Shown: positions 8,247-17,001, counted from the first letter of the stretch. The stretch: DNA of 20,000 bases from a bacterium (GCA_041690355.1 JAWLHK010000024.1:54660-74659); one strand, 5' to 3'. The notes: generated by a model not told the origin, from the letters alone. Numbers and translations are program-made.

Positions 8247-8885
8247 TCATCGGTCGGTGACCCGCTTCCGTCCTCGTCGGGCATCGCCCCCCGCCAGCAT
8301 CCCGTACCGCAGCGTGTCGCTCACGACGTCGACCATGGCCTCGAGACGCCTTCGGTCGGGAACATGCCCCGCCTGGAAGAGCGAGGCGAGACCGTGGAAG
8401 GCAGACCAGCTCGCGAACTTCAGATCGTCACGGCGGCCGCGGAGGAGCCCGGCGGCGATGCAATCGTCCAAGGGACCGTCGGCAATGTGGTTGAAGTCCT
8501 TCACGGCCGCCTGCAGCTCGGGGTTGTGCGGGCGATCGCCGGCGCGCCGATCAAACATCAGACGGTACAGCGCCGGCTCGTCGGCGGCGAAGGTCACGTA
8601 GGCGCGCGCCGTGGCCCGCAGCCGAAGCAGCAGATCGCGTTCTTCCTCCAGCGCCCGCACGTAGCGGTCGGCCAGTTGCCGGAATCCGGCGGCGCGAATG
8701 CAATCGAGGATGTCGGCCTTGTCGGCGAAATAGGAATACGGCGTCGAGCGGCTGACCCCTGAGGCCTGGGCAAGCGCGCGCATCGTGACACCCTCTTCAC
8801 CCTGCTCTGCGAAGACACGCACGGCCAGCTGGGCAAACTGCATCCGGAAAGACCGAATCTGCGAAGCGTCGAGCGGCAAGGTCAT
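8247..8885 (-). CDS. TetR/AcrR family regulator (WHG-type C-terminal domain)
   Basis: HTH GEEGVTMRALAQASGVSRSTPYSYFADK, plus AYVTFAADEPALYRLMF and WSAFHGLASL. Confidence 0.92.
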   Translation of the reverse strand: MTLPLDASQIRSFRMQFAQLAVRVFAEQGEEGVTMRALAQASGVSRSTPYSYFADKADILDCIRAAGFRQLADRYVRALEEERDLLLRLRATARAYVTFAADEPALYRLMFDRRAGDRPHNPELQAAVKDFNHIADGPLDDCIAAGLLRGRRDDLKFASWSAFHGLASLFQAGHVPDRRRLEAMVDVVSDTLRYGMLAGGDARRGRKRVTDR

Positions 8886-8892
8886 GAAAGGA

Positions 8893-8936
8893 AGTGTACC
8901 AGAACGCTTGACAGCGTCAATTGACATTGTCAAAAT
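8893..8936. promoter_or_regulatory. Divergent promoters overlapped by two tandem TetR-type operator palindromes
   Basis: Palindromes TTGACAGCGTCAA (8908-8920) and TTGACATTGTCAA (8921-8933). Plus strand TTGACA-N17-CAAAAT; minus strand TTGACG-N16-TACACT. Confidence 0.75.
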
Positions 8937-8983
8937 GGCCGGAACGCTGTCCTGTTCCCCCTTCTGGAACCCGAGGTGCTCTC

Positions 8984-9871
8984 ATGCCTGCCGATCCGGT
9001 TTACCGATCCCCCGCCGCGCGGGACGCCGTGTTCGCTGCCTATGACCGGGCGCTCGCGGCGTGGCCCGTGCCGTACGCGACCGTCCGGGTGCCCACGGCC
9101 TTCGGGCAGACCCACGTGGTGCTCTGCGGAGACGAGCATGCGCCGCCGCTCGTCCTGCTGCACGGGGGCGGCGGGAGCGCCATCGACTGGCGGTGGAACG
9201 TGGAGCCTCTCTCCCGCCGCTTCCGCCTGGTGCTCCCCGATATTCCGGGGGAACCGGGAAAGACCGCGGGGGCCCGCCCGGCGTACGCGTCGGGGAACCA
9301 TGCGGCGTGGCTCGGGGAGGTTCTGCGGGAACTCGGGCTGGCCCGCGTCCGCCTGGGGGGCGCCTCGCTCGGATCGTGGATCGCGTGGCAGTACGCGCTG
9401 CGGCATCCGGAAGCGGTGAGCCACCTGGCGGTGCTCTGCCCGCCGCACCTGGCCCCCATGCGTCCGGGGTTTCTGCTGCGCGCCATCGGGACCGCCGTGT
9501 TCCCCACCGACGCCATGCTGCGCCGCTTTCAGCGCGCCGTGATGTCTCCCGCGACGCCAGCGCCCGACGAGCAGGCCATGGCCGACTTCATCGTGCGCTG
9601 GCGAGCCCAGCGCAGGAATCCGCCCCCCATCCCGCCGGCGAGCGATGCCGAGGTTCGCGCGCTTCCGCGGGAGTCCCTCGTACTCGTCGGCGAAGACGAA
9701 CCGTTATACGACGTGCAGATCGCCGTCCGGCGCTTTTCTGCCTTGGGCCGCGCCGACCGCCTGCGCCTGATCCCCGCCGCCGGCCATGCGCTGCCGTACG
9801 AGCAGGCCGACCGGGTGAACGAGATGCTGGCGGAGTTCCTCGAGGCCGCGCCCGCCCGCGAGGTGCGCTGA
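8984..9871 (+). CDS. Alpha/beta fold hydrolase (carboxylesterase-like)
   Basis: PLVLLHGGG, nucleophile elbow GASLG, acid in GEDE, and His in AGHA. SD GAGGTG upstream of the ATG at 8984. Confidence 0.92.
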   Translation: MPADPVYRSPAARDAVFAAYDRALAAWPVPYATVRVPTAFGQTHVVLCGDEHAPPLVLLHGGGGSAIDWRWNVEPLSRRFRLVLPDIPGEPGKTAGARPAYASGNHAAWLGEVLRELGLARVRLGGASLGSWIAWQYALRHPEAVSHLAVLCPPHLAPMRPGFLLRAIGTAVFPTDAMLRRFQRAVMSPATPAPDEQAMADFIVRWRAQRRNPPPIPPASDAEVRALPRESLVLVGEDEPLYDVQIAVRRFSALGRADRLRLIPAAGHALPYEQADRVNEMLAEFLEAAPAREVR

Positions 9872-9881
9872 AAACGAGAAG

Positions 9882-10121
9882 TCAGCGCAAGCGATCGCGG
9901 TCTTCGTTGTCGTCCGCATTCCTGAAGTCGGATGGTTCGTGGTTCTGCCGGGCAGGTCCTCCGTAAGTGACCAGCGTAAACGGAAGCGTCGTTTCGGAAG
10001 GGCGCAGGAATGCCATGCGCAACGCTTCGTTGACGATATCACTCACGGTAAGATTGCGTTCGGCAGCCTTCTTTCTGGCCTCACGCAATAAGTCGTCCTG
10101 AAGCACCAGTGTCGTTCGCAT
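9882..10121 (-). CDS. VapB-like ribbon-helix-helix antitoxin (no adjacent toxin)
   Basis: MRTTLVLQDDLLREARKKAAERNLTVSDIVNEALR followed by PFTLVTYGG is the typical RHH/VapB pattern; acidic tail. Confidence 0.8.
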   Translation of the reverse strand: MRTTLVLQDDLLREARKKAAERNLTVSDIVNEALRMAFLRPSETTLPFTLVTYGGPARQNHEPSDFRNADDNEDRDRLR

Positions 10122-10127
10122 ACCCTG

Positions 10128-10155
10128 ATCTTAAGCTGCGGGCGACGTAAGTCAA
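10128..10155 (-). promoter_or_regulatory. Putative sigma70 promoter giving a leaderless antitoxin mRNA
   Basis: TTGACT-N16-TAAGAT with only 6 nt to the ATG at 10121 and no SD. Confidence 0.55.
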
Positions 10156-10198
10156 CCACGAGATGGACTGCTGGAAAGCGACCATTCCTCGCAGAGGA

Positions 10199-10741
10199 TC
10201 ACGTCCGCGGCCCCGCCGCCTGCTCGGCCCAGACGAGGAAATCCGTAATCCCCACGTCGAGCCCCCGCTGAGAAAACAGGGTCGTGACCTGCCCGCGATG
10301 GTGCGTCTGGTGGTTGAAGAGGTGCGAGATCGCGATCCAGGCGGGGTGGCTGCGCTCGAGCCCCTTCGACGTGCGGTAGCGGAACTCGGCCGTCAGGTCC
10401 GTTTCCGCAAGCGCGTCGACCCAGCTGCACAGAGCTGCATCCGTGGCCGCGCGCTCCCGCTGCAGATCGGCAAAATCCGCGAAGAGCTCCTGTTCGAGCC
10501 CGCGAATCGATTCCAGCAGATCGGCTCCCTGCAGCGCCTCGGCCCCAAATCCCGCCTGGCGGAACCGGAAGAGCCAGACGCGATCGGCCAGCAGGATGTG
10601 ATTCAGCGTGCCGTGAATGGACTTGAAGAAGGCGCCCCGGTCGGCCTTGCGTTCCGCATCGGGGAGCGAGCCGGCCACCTCGTAGACCTTCCGGTTGAAT
10701 CCTTCGTTGTACGCCGCAAAGGCGCGATAGACTTCGAGCAT
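10199..10741 (-). CDS. DinB/YfiT family putative metalloenzyme (damage-inducible DinB-like; not DNA Pol IV)
   Basis: AAYN...N, GAFFKSIHGTLNHILLADRVWL and HLFNHQTHHRGQVTTLFSQRG..VG.TD. SD AGGAGG upstream. Confidence 0.92.
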   Translation of the reverse strand: MLEVYRAFAAYNEGFNRKVYEVAGSLPDAERKADRGAFFKSIHGTLNHILLADRVWLFRFRQAGFGAEALQGADLLESIRGLEQELFADFADLQRERAATDAALCSWVDALAETDLTAEFRYRTSKGLERSHPAWIAISHLFNHQTHHRGQVTTLFSQRGLDVGITDFLVWAEQAAGPRT

Positions 10742-10820
10742 GATCCCTTTCCTCCTCACGAGGCGACGTTCGTCGTTGTGCAAGCCGGATTCCGGGACGC
10801 CCGTTGGACGTCCAACACGA

Positions 10821-13800
10821 TTACCAGGGGCGAATCCGGTCGTTGCGCGCCGGCGCCTGGCGGCCCGCGGTAAACGGCCGGTAGACGGCATTGCCGGCAA
10901 ACGAGTGCCAGGTGTGCAGCGTTTCGCTGGCATCCATGGCCGCGCCGCCAACCGCTCCATCGTACCCGAGGCTCTTGATGACCATCCGGTTCCACCCGCC
11001 TGCGGTCGTCGCGTACATGAAGCGATTGCTCCCGCCGGCGTAGGTGAGGTGCACGACTCCCCGGGAATCTACGAAGATTTTCGGGTAGTATCCCGCATCT
11101 CCCTCGGTATCGACGCGGGTGAACGACCAGGAGCCGCCGCGATTGGTGCCGTACCACTGGTCGACTTCCACGTAATCCTGGAACGCGACGTGCAAGGCGC
11201 CATCCTTGTCATAGGCGAGCGCTGTCATGCCGCCGGCCGTGGTAATCGGCGGCGAGAACGACGCGACCTTCTGCCAGGAACCGGCAGCAACCCGTTCGTA
11301 GAGCTCGAGGGTCGAGGCCCACTCTGCCGCGACGCTCACCGCCGCGACGGCGGTGCCCTCGGGAGAATAGGCCAGGCTGGGCGTGGTATAGGGAACGCCC
11401 GTGACCGGCTCCGAACTCCACGTACCCCCCTCGCGGTGGACGTACGTGACGGTATAGTTCGAGTAGCTTCCGGCCAGGTGCACGAAACCAGGCTCCCCCG
11501 CGGGATTCAGTTCGAAGGCAGGCGCAGAGCCGGCGGCCACGGCATCTTCCGTTGCCGACCAGACACCGTCTTCTGCGGTTCGATACTTCACCAACCCGTC
11601 TTTGGCGTACAGGAAGTGAAGCTTTCCGGAAGCATCGACGCGGATGCGGCTGTTGGAGGCTTCAGCCTCGAGAAGCGTATTCGTCCACTTGCCCGACTGC
11701 TGCGTGACGTAGTAAATATCGTTCCACCAGGCGACGCGGTATACGATGTGAACGGTTCCGTCAGGCCCTACGGCAAAGTCGGGGGTCTGCATGCTGCCCG
11801 CGTAGGCAGAGATCGAGTCGACCAGCTCGCCACCCGGGTAGATTGCGCCGTATTTGACCTTCTTCTCGTACACTTCCATATAGACGAAGTGAATCCCCCG
11901 GCGATCGCGCGTCACCCGGAAGGAGTTACCCCAGCCGGTATCGATATCGTTGTCCAGAACGACCGGGTCACGCCAGGCGCCCGGCGTGCCGCGCAGCAGC
12001 GTGAGCGTATAGGACGCCCCCTCATAGAAAATGAACACCTCACCGTTATGGGCGACCTCGATCCCGCTCTTCTTCCGCGCCCCCGTCGCGACAATATCCG
12101 GCCCCTGCCAGCCCGATGCCTGGTAGACGTGCTTCTGGTTGTAGCTCGAATCGCGATACGTGATGTGGACGTTGCCGTCCGGCGCAACCGTCATCGCGGG
12201 AGAAAGTCCGACCGTTCCCGTGGAATCCAGCGTGGTAAAGGCGAACGTGCCGGCCACAGGCTTGACGGCATAGATCAGATCATGCGCGGTCCCCTCGTGG
12301 TAGGCGACGTGGACCGTCTTGTCCGCATCCACGGCGATGACCGGCGTCTCCTGGGAATAGCCGACGGTCTGGATCAGTTCGTCGGCCCAGGCGCCGTTCA
12401 CAAGGCTGGCATAGCGGATATCCGAGGTCGCACAGCAGGTGGTCGTGATGTTGTAGATGACGTGGATACCGCCGTCCTTGTCCATCCGCGCAGACAGATT
12501 GCGAAGGTTGCCGGTCACCATGTCGGCGTACTGCCAGGCGCCCGACTGGTTGTGCGCGTAGCGAAGCTTGCCGTAGCCGGTCAGATAGATCAGGTGGATG
12601 GCGCCGTCGGGGGCGCGCATGATCTGGCTCGAGTTCGTCACGACGTAGTCGGGGTCGGCAATCTCGCGTTTCCACGCCCCGTCCTTGTTGTCCGAAATCA
12701 CAAGATAACCGTTCGCCCCGTCGAAATACGAAACCCAGGCGTTACCGGCATTATCGGTCGCTATGCCGACCCCGTAGCCCAGATAGGCGCCGTCATTGCT
12801 CTTGTCGACGGTTTCCATCCGCGAGAGGCGCAGGGGGAATTCGCTTTCGTAGATGAGCGAATTGTCCTGGTTGGCGGTCCGCAGGAGAAGATTCTCGTTC
12901 CAGTAGTCCGACGACGTACCCGGACGCAGCCACGACGTGATATTGTTCGCGAGGGCCGAGGAGTATTCGGCGCCGGCGACGTCGGAGTAGAAATAGACCG
13001 GCGTCAGTGAATTGGTTCCCGGCTGCGCAGGAAAGAAGTAGCGGGTGCCGTTCTCGCCGTTAGCCCAGTAGAGCTGATCGATCCCCTGGAAGGGGATCGC
13101 CGACGCGGCGACCGACCACGCCGAAACGTTGCCCAGGTCGTCGAATGCGCGGATCTGGTAATAATGGGGCGCCCCCTTGGTCGCAGCGACATCGTCGACC
13201 CAGGTCACGGTATCGGATGCCGGCGAGGCGAGCGTTTCGAAGGTCGGCGTCACGCCCTGCACGAAGCGCTGGAGCTCGAATCCTGCGAGATCGCCAGCCG
13301 AGGGCCTGCTCCACTTCAATTCGACCGTCGATGCGCTCAGCGCGTATCCGTCTTCGTCGATATCCTGCACCGCCAGGCCGGGAACCATCGGCCCCGTCTG
13401 GTCGAGCGTGATGGTCAGCGTGCGCGTCTCGCTTTCGTTGCCGGCAGCGTCACGCAGCTTCACGTAAACGGATTTGAGGCCGTCACCCGGCGGCAGCAGC
13501 CACGAAAGCGAGTTCTGGATCGGCGACCAGGCGCTGCCGGCGAATCCCGAATCGTTGGCGACCCGCATCTCGGCCACGTCGCTGGTGATTCCGGTCAACA
13601 GAATGGTCACGAGCTGGTTGCGGGTGCGCGAGCCGACCACCCCGTCGCCGGCGAAACTCCCGCCCCACATCGGCGCGTACAGCTCCGAGTCGAGCCAGAC
13701 CGAGGCCTGCACGCAGTCCGACTGGTTCCCCGCGTAGTCGCGGAACACGACGTAGACGGTTTTCTCGCCGTCTTCGGACCCGAGGTTCAGGTTCAAAAAC

Positions 13801-14945
13801 GGCGTGAATCCCTGCCAGCTTCCCCCCACAAGGCAGCCGGCCTGGCTCACGTACATCTCGTCGGCGCCGATTACAGAGAACCCGGCGGTAACCAGGGGCG
13901 ACGTCGTGGTCAGCAGGCCGTTGTTGAGCACGATGCCCGCGTTCAATGGTTCGATCGAGTCCACGTAGATCGTCTCGACCGACGGCGCGGTCACGCTACC
14001 GTCTTCGCCGATGTAGCGAACGCAGACGTGATTGTTCCCCTCCCGGGGCAGCTCGTAATTATTGAGCGGGCTGACGAAGGGCATGCTCGCCGCCGAAAAG
14101 GTGCACCCCGACGCGTTCCCGGTCAGGGTTTCACCAATCTGCATGGCGACGGCATTAAAGCCGTAGAGCTTGAGCCTGACCGTGTTCGTCTGCGAGAAGA
14201 CGCTGGACGGAATTCCGTTCGAAATCCCTTCGATCTCAAAGAACCCGCTGACCACCTTGAAGAGCACCGGCTCGGCAGCGACTTCGGGTTCATCGCCCGT
14301 GATCACGAGCTCTCCCATGGGCTGCGACTGCCCGTCGGGCCCCACTGCCTCGACGTCGTAGCTGCCCGCGGGCACGTCGCTGATGCGGAAGCTTCCGTCG
14401 CTGCCGGAGAGGGCCGAATACGTGAACCCCTGTTCGCCGGCCAGCGGAGCGAACGAAGGCCAGGCCGCTTTCTGCACCCCCGACTTGCGGAGGAGCGACA
14501 GAAGAACGCCTCCCTTGGTTCCCGGCGCGCCTCCCCGGTCGACCTCGGCCGTGCCGACGACGACGACCCGCTTCAGCGGCAGGTGGAACGATCCCAGATC
14601 CAGGTCTTCGCCGAGCGGAACGGAAATCTTCTCGGAAGACGTTTCGAAGGAGCGCGCGGTGAGCCGGAGGTCATACGTACCCGGTACGACGCCGGTGAGC
14701 ACGATCGCGCCGGCGGCGTCGCTCTCGGCGGTGTAGGTACGCTCTTCGTTCTGCAGCTGCAGCGTGACCTGCGAGGCGTCGCTTTCGCCCTCGAGAGCAA
14801 CCGTGAGCGAGAGCTTTGCCTTGGCCTGTTGCTCGAAAGGGGCGAGCGGATCGAAAGGCCCGTCGTGGGGAAGTTCAGAGCCGCAGCCGACAGCAAGGAA
14901 CGTCGATATCGCCAGGAAGTGCAGTCTAGTTCGATTCATAAGCAT
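10821..14945 (-). CDS. Large (~1370 aa) surface lipoprotein: carboxypeptidase-regulatory-like domains, Ig-like/Fn3 repeats, C-terminal beta-propeller repeats
   Basis: Lipobox LAVG-C after MLMNRTRLHF (start 14945 or 14939). SDAAGA...GVVPGTY and SGSDGSF.ISDVPAGSY; G.K.VYV..RD.AGN.S repeats; YYQIRAFD..GN.SAWS; 14 'D..G..H..Y'-type repeats. Confidence 0.8.
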   Translation of the reverse strand: MLMNRTRLHFLAISTFLAVGCGSELPHDGPFDPLAPFEQQAKAKLSLTVALEGESDASQVTLQLQNEERTYTAESDAAGAIVLTGVVPGTYDLRLTARSFETSSEKISVPLGEDLDLGSFHLPLKRVVVVGTAEVDRGGAPGTKGGVLLSLLRKSGVQKAAWPSFAPLAGEQGFTYSALSGSDGSFRISDVPAGSYDVEAVGPDGQSQPMGELVITGDEPEVAAEPVLFKVVSGFFEIEGISNGIPSSVFSQTNTVRLKLYGFNAVAMQIGETLTGNASGCTFSAASMPFVSPLNNYELPREGNNHVCVRYIGEDGSVTAPSVETIYVDSIEPLNAGIVLNNGLLTTTSPLVTAGFSVIGADEMYVSQAGCLVGGSWQGFTPFLNLNLGSEDGEKTVYVVFRDYAGNQSDCVQASVWLDSELYAPMWGGSFAGDGVVGSRTRNQLVTILLTGITSDVAEMRVANDSGFAGSAWSPIQNSLSWLLPPGDGLKSVYVKLRDAAGNESETRTLTITLDQTGPMVPGLAVQDIDEDGYALSASTVELKWSRPSAGDLAGFELQRFVQGVTPTFETLASPASDTVTWVDDVAATKGAPHYYQIRAFDDLGNVSAWSVAASAIPFQGIDQLYWANGENGTRYFFPAQPGTNSLTPVYFYSDVAGAEYSSALANNITSWLRPGTSSDYWNENLLLRTANQDNSLIYESEFPLRLSRMETVDKSNDGAYLGYGVGIATDNAGNAWVSYFDGANGYLVISDNKDGAWKREIADPDYVVTNSSQIMRAPDGAIHLIYLTGYGKLRYAHNQSGAWQYADMVTGNLRNLSARMDKDGGIHVIYNITTTCCATSDIRYASLVNGAWADELIQTVGYSQETPVIAVDADKTVHVAYHEGTAHDLIYAVKPVAGTFAFTTLDSTGTVGLSPAMTVAPDGNVHITYRDSSYNQKHVYQASGWQGPDIVATGARKKSGIEVAHNGEVFIFYEGASYTLTLLRGTPGAWRDPVVLDNDIDTGWGNSFRVTRDRRGIHFVYMEVYEKKVKYGAIYPGGELVDSISAYAGSMQTPDFAVGPDGTVHIVYRVAWWNDIYYVTQQSGKWTNTLLEAEASNSRIRVDASGKLHFLYAKDGLVKYRTAEDGVWSATEDAVAAGSAPAFELNPAGEPGFVHLAGSYSNYTVTYVHREGGTWSSEPVTGVPYTTPSLAYSPEGTAVAAVSVAAEWASTLELYERVAAGSWQKVASFSPPITTAGGMTALAYDKDGALHVAFQDYVEVDQWYGTNRGGSWSFTRVDTEGDAGYYPKIFVDSRGVVHLTYAGGSNRFMYATTAGGWNRMVIKSLGYDGAVGGAAMDASETLHTWHSFAGNAVYRPFTAGRQAPARNDRIRPW

Positions 14946-15088
14946 GCGCCGTGTGGGTGATGTGATCACACAGTAACAGCTCGCGAGAATCTTCGCTTTG
15001 ATGGCGGCCACATTGCGCGCGGCCAATATCCGTGCGGAAAATGTGCGCGTCGTCACGTCCGCGCAGATCCCGCCCAGCCGATCCGGGA

Positions 15089-15292
15089 TCACTTCGGAAA
15101 GACCATCACCCGTCCCGAGAAAATGACCCGCCGCGCGCCCTTTTCTTCGCGCGGCCTTGTCTCGGGCGCCCCCCCGCCCTCCAGCCCCAACGGTTCGACG
15201 AGGGGAATCCGGCGGAACCATCCGCGGACAGACTCGATCCATTCTCTCACCGACCGGCTGGATAACGCGATGTTCTGTGCAGCAGTGCGCAT
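15089..15292 (-). CDS. Small hypothetical protein (67 aa) divergent from the MocR regulator
   Basis: GGAGG SD 5 nt before the ATG at 15292. Fills the intergenic gap, and its position matches the small target genes of YdcR-type MocR divergons. Confidence 0.5.
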   Translation of the reverse strand: MRTAAQNIALSSRSVREWIESVRGWFRRIPLVEPLGLEGGGAPETRPREEKGARRVIFSGRVMVFPK

Positions 15293-15331
15293 GGGAACCT
15301 CCATGCTCTCAGGCTACCCGGATTCCACCGA

Positions 15332-15396
15332 CCATAACAGATCCAGAGAATACGATTGTGAATCGATACAGTCAGTGCTAGAATCGATTCTGTATC
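15332..15396. promoter_or_regulatory. Putative MocR/GabR-family binding region
   Basis: AT-rich. ATAACAGAT at 15334, GATACAG at 15365-15371 with inverted copy CTGTATC at 15390-15396, and palindrome GAATCGATTC at 15381-15390. Confidence 0.55.
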
Positions 15397-15422
15397 TATC
15401 CTTTTACCGTCCAGGTGTACCG

Positions 15423-16868
15423 ATGCCCACCGCCGCCGTAGTGGAACCGTTCCCCGACACCCTCTATCTGCGCATCGCCGATCGGCTCGCCGGGCTCATC
15501 GAGAAGGGGACCCTGCGGCCCGGGCAGCGGCTCCCCTCCGTGCGCGCCCTCTGCCTGCAGGAGAACGTCAGTCTGGCCACGGCCGTGCACGCGCTGCGCC
15601 TGCTGGAGGACCGCGGGCTGGTCGTGGCACGTCCCCGTTCCGGCTACTTCGTCTCGCGGCAGATTCATCCGCTCCCCCCGGAGCCGGCCATCTCGAAGCC
15701 GCTCGCGCGCCCCTGCCAGGTCACGACGGGCGAGCTTGCCATGCGGCTCGTCCGCGAGAGCCAGGTGGAAGGGATCGTGCCCCTCGGCGCCGCCGTGCCC
15801 TCCCCCGACCTGCTCCCCGTGCGCGAAGTCATGCGCGCGCTTGCCGCCGCGACGCGCAAGCAGTCGCGGCGGGCCATGGGCTATGCATTTCCCCCCGGCG
15901 ACGCGGCCCTGCGGCGGCAGCTCGCCCTGCGCACGGCCCAGGCCGGATGCACCGTCGGCCCCGACGACCTCGTGGTCACCAACGGGTGCCAGGAGGCGCT
16001 GCACCTCGCCCTGCGCGCGGTGGCGAAGCCGGGCGACACCATCGCCATCGAGTCGCCCGGCTACTACGGCGTGCTGCAGCTCATCGACAGCCTCGACATG
16101 CGCGCCCTGGAGATCCCGACCGACTCCCGCGACGGCCTGAGCCTCGAGGCGCTGCGCTTCGCGCTCGAGCAGCAGAAGATCGCCGCGGTCGTCGCCGTCA
16201 CCCACTTCAGCAATCCGACCGGCGCCTGCATGCCCGACGCGCGCAAAGAGGAACTCGTGCGCTTGCTCGACGAGGCCGGTGTTCCGCTGATCGAAGACGA
16301 TCTGAACGGCGAACTTTTCCACGCGCCGCCGCGCCCGCGCCCGGCCAAGGCCTGGGACCGCACGGGCAACGTGCTCTACTGCAGCTCGGTCTCGAAGACA
16401 TTGGCGCCGGGGCTGCGCATCGGATGGATTGCGCCCGGCCGCTATCTGGAATCCGTCCTGCGCATCCAGCTGGTTTCGACCATGGCTTCGGCCCCGCTTC
16501 CCCAACTCGCGCTGGCCGCCTTTCTGCAGGACGGCGGCTACGAAAAGCACCTGCGGCAGGTGCGCCAGGCGTATGGGGACCAGTTGCGCGAAATGAGCCG
16601 CGCCATCTCGCTCACGTTTCCCGAGGGGACGCGGCTCTCGCGCCCGCAGGGGGGCTTCCTGTTGTGGGTGGAACTGCCGCGCAAGGTCGACAGTCTTGAA
16701 CTTTACGAGCGCGCGCTGGCCGAGAAGATCAGCATCGCGCCGGGGCCGCTCTTTTCTCCCCGGGGCAAGTACCGCAACTTCATCCGGTTGAGCTGCGCGA
16801 CCCCCTGGGGGGCCGAGATGGAACGGGCCGTGAGCGTCCTCGGGCGGCTCGTGGGGGAGCTGGCCTGA
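15423..16868 (+). CDS. MocR/GabR family regulator (GntR wHTH + PLP-dependent aminotransferase-like domain), YdcR-like
   Basis: LY..IAD.L...I..G.LRPGQRLPSVR...ARPRSGYFV, VTNGCQEAL, FSNPTG, IEDD and SVSKTLAPGLRIGW (PLP Lys). Confidence 0.95.
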   Translation: MPTAAVVEPFPDTLYLRIADRLAGLIEKGTLRPGQRLPSVRALCLQENVSLATAVHALRLLEDRGLVVARPRSGYFVSRQIHPLPPEPAISKPLARPCQVTTGELAMRLVRESQVEGIVPLGAAVPSPDLLPVREVMRALAAATRKQSRRAMGYAFPPGDAALRRQLALRTAQAGCTVGPDDLVVTNGCQEALHLALRAVAKPGDTIAIESPGYYGVLQLIDSLDMRALEIPTDSRDGLSLEALRFALEQQKIAAVVAVTHFSNPTGACMPDARKEELVRLLDEAGVPLIEDDLNGELFHAPPRPRPAKAWDRTGNVLYCSSVSKTLAPGLRIGWIAPGRYLESVLRIQLVSTMASAPLPQLALAAFLQDGGYEKHLRQVRQAYGDQLREMSRAISLTFPEGTRLSRPQGGFLLWVELPRKVDSLELYERALAEKISIAPGPLFSPRGKYRNFIRLSCATPWGAEMERAVSVLGRLVGELA

Positions 16869-16909
16869 CGGCAGTCGTCAGTCTTCAGTCGTCAGTCGTC
16901 GGTCTTGAG
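16868..16909 (+). repeat. Degenerate heptamer tandem array (TCKKCAG), 6 units
   Basis: TG-ACGGCAG-TCGTCAG-TCTTCAG-TCGTCAG-TCGTCGG-TCTTGAG, overlapping the MocR stop codon. Confidence 0.8.
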
Positions 16910-16930
16910 CCGTAGTCCCTGTTCGGTCAG

Positions 16931-16963
16931 GGATCAAGATCAGGAATCAGGGATCAGAATCAG
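16931..16963 (+). repeat. Degenerate GRATCAG heptamer array
   Basis: GGATCAA-GATCAG-GAATCAG-GGATCAG-AATCAG. Confidence 0.7.
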
Positions 16964-17001
16964 TTTTACGGTCGCGCCGAGGCCCGCGTCCTTGCGCCGT
17001 C

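Noticed and set aside
10740..13010. 756-aa plus-strand ORF (and the 598-aa ORF at 13164-14960) antisense to the giant lipoprotein
   Set aside because: Typical stop-poor shadow frames of a high-GC gene. They are Arg/Val/Gly-rich with no motifs, and the minus strand carries clear domains.
14955..14972. TGTGATCACA palindrome upstream of the giant lipoprotein as a CRP/FNR site
   Set aside because: It lacks the 6-bp spacer between half-sites, and a single 10-bp palindrome is too weak to call.
14946..15422. N-terminal extensions of ORF-track calls (15242 start for the lipoprotein, 15123 start for MocR)
   Set aside because: They overlap each other and precede a clear lipoprotein signal or HTH start. 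Downstream ATGs fit better.
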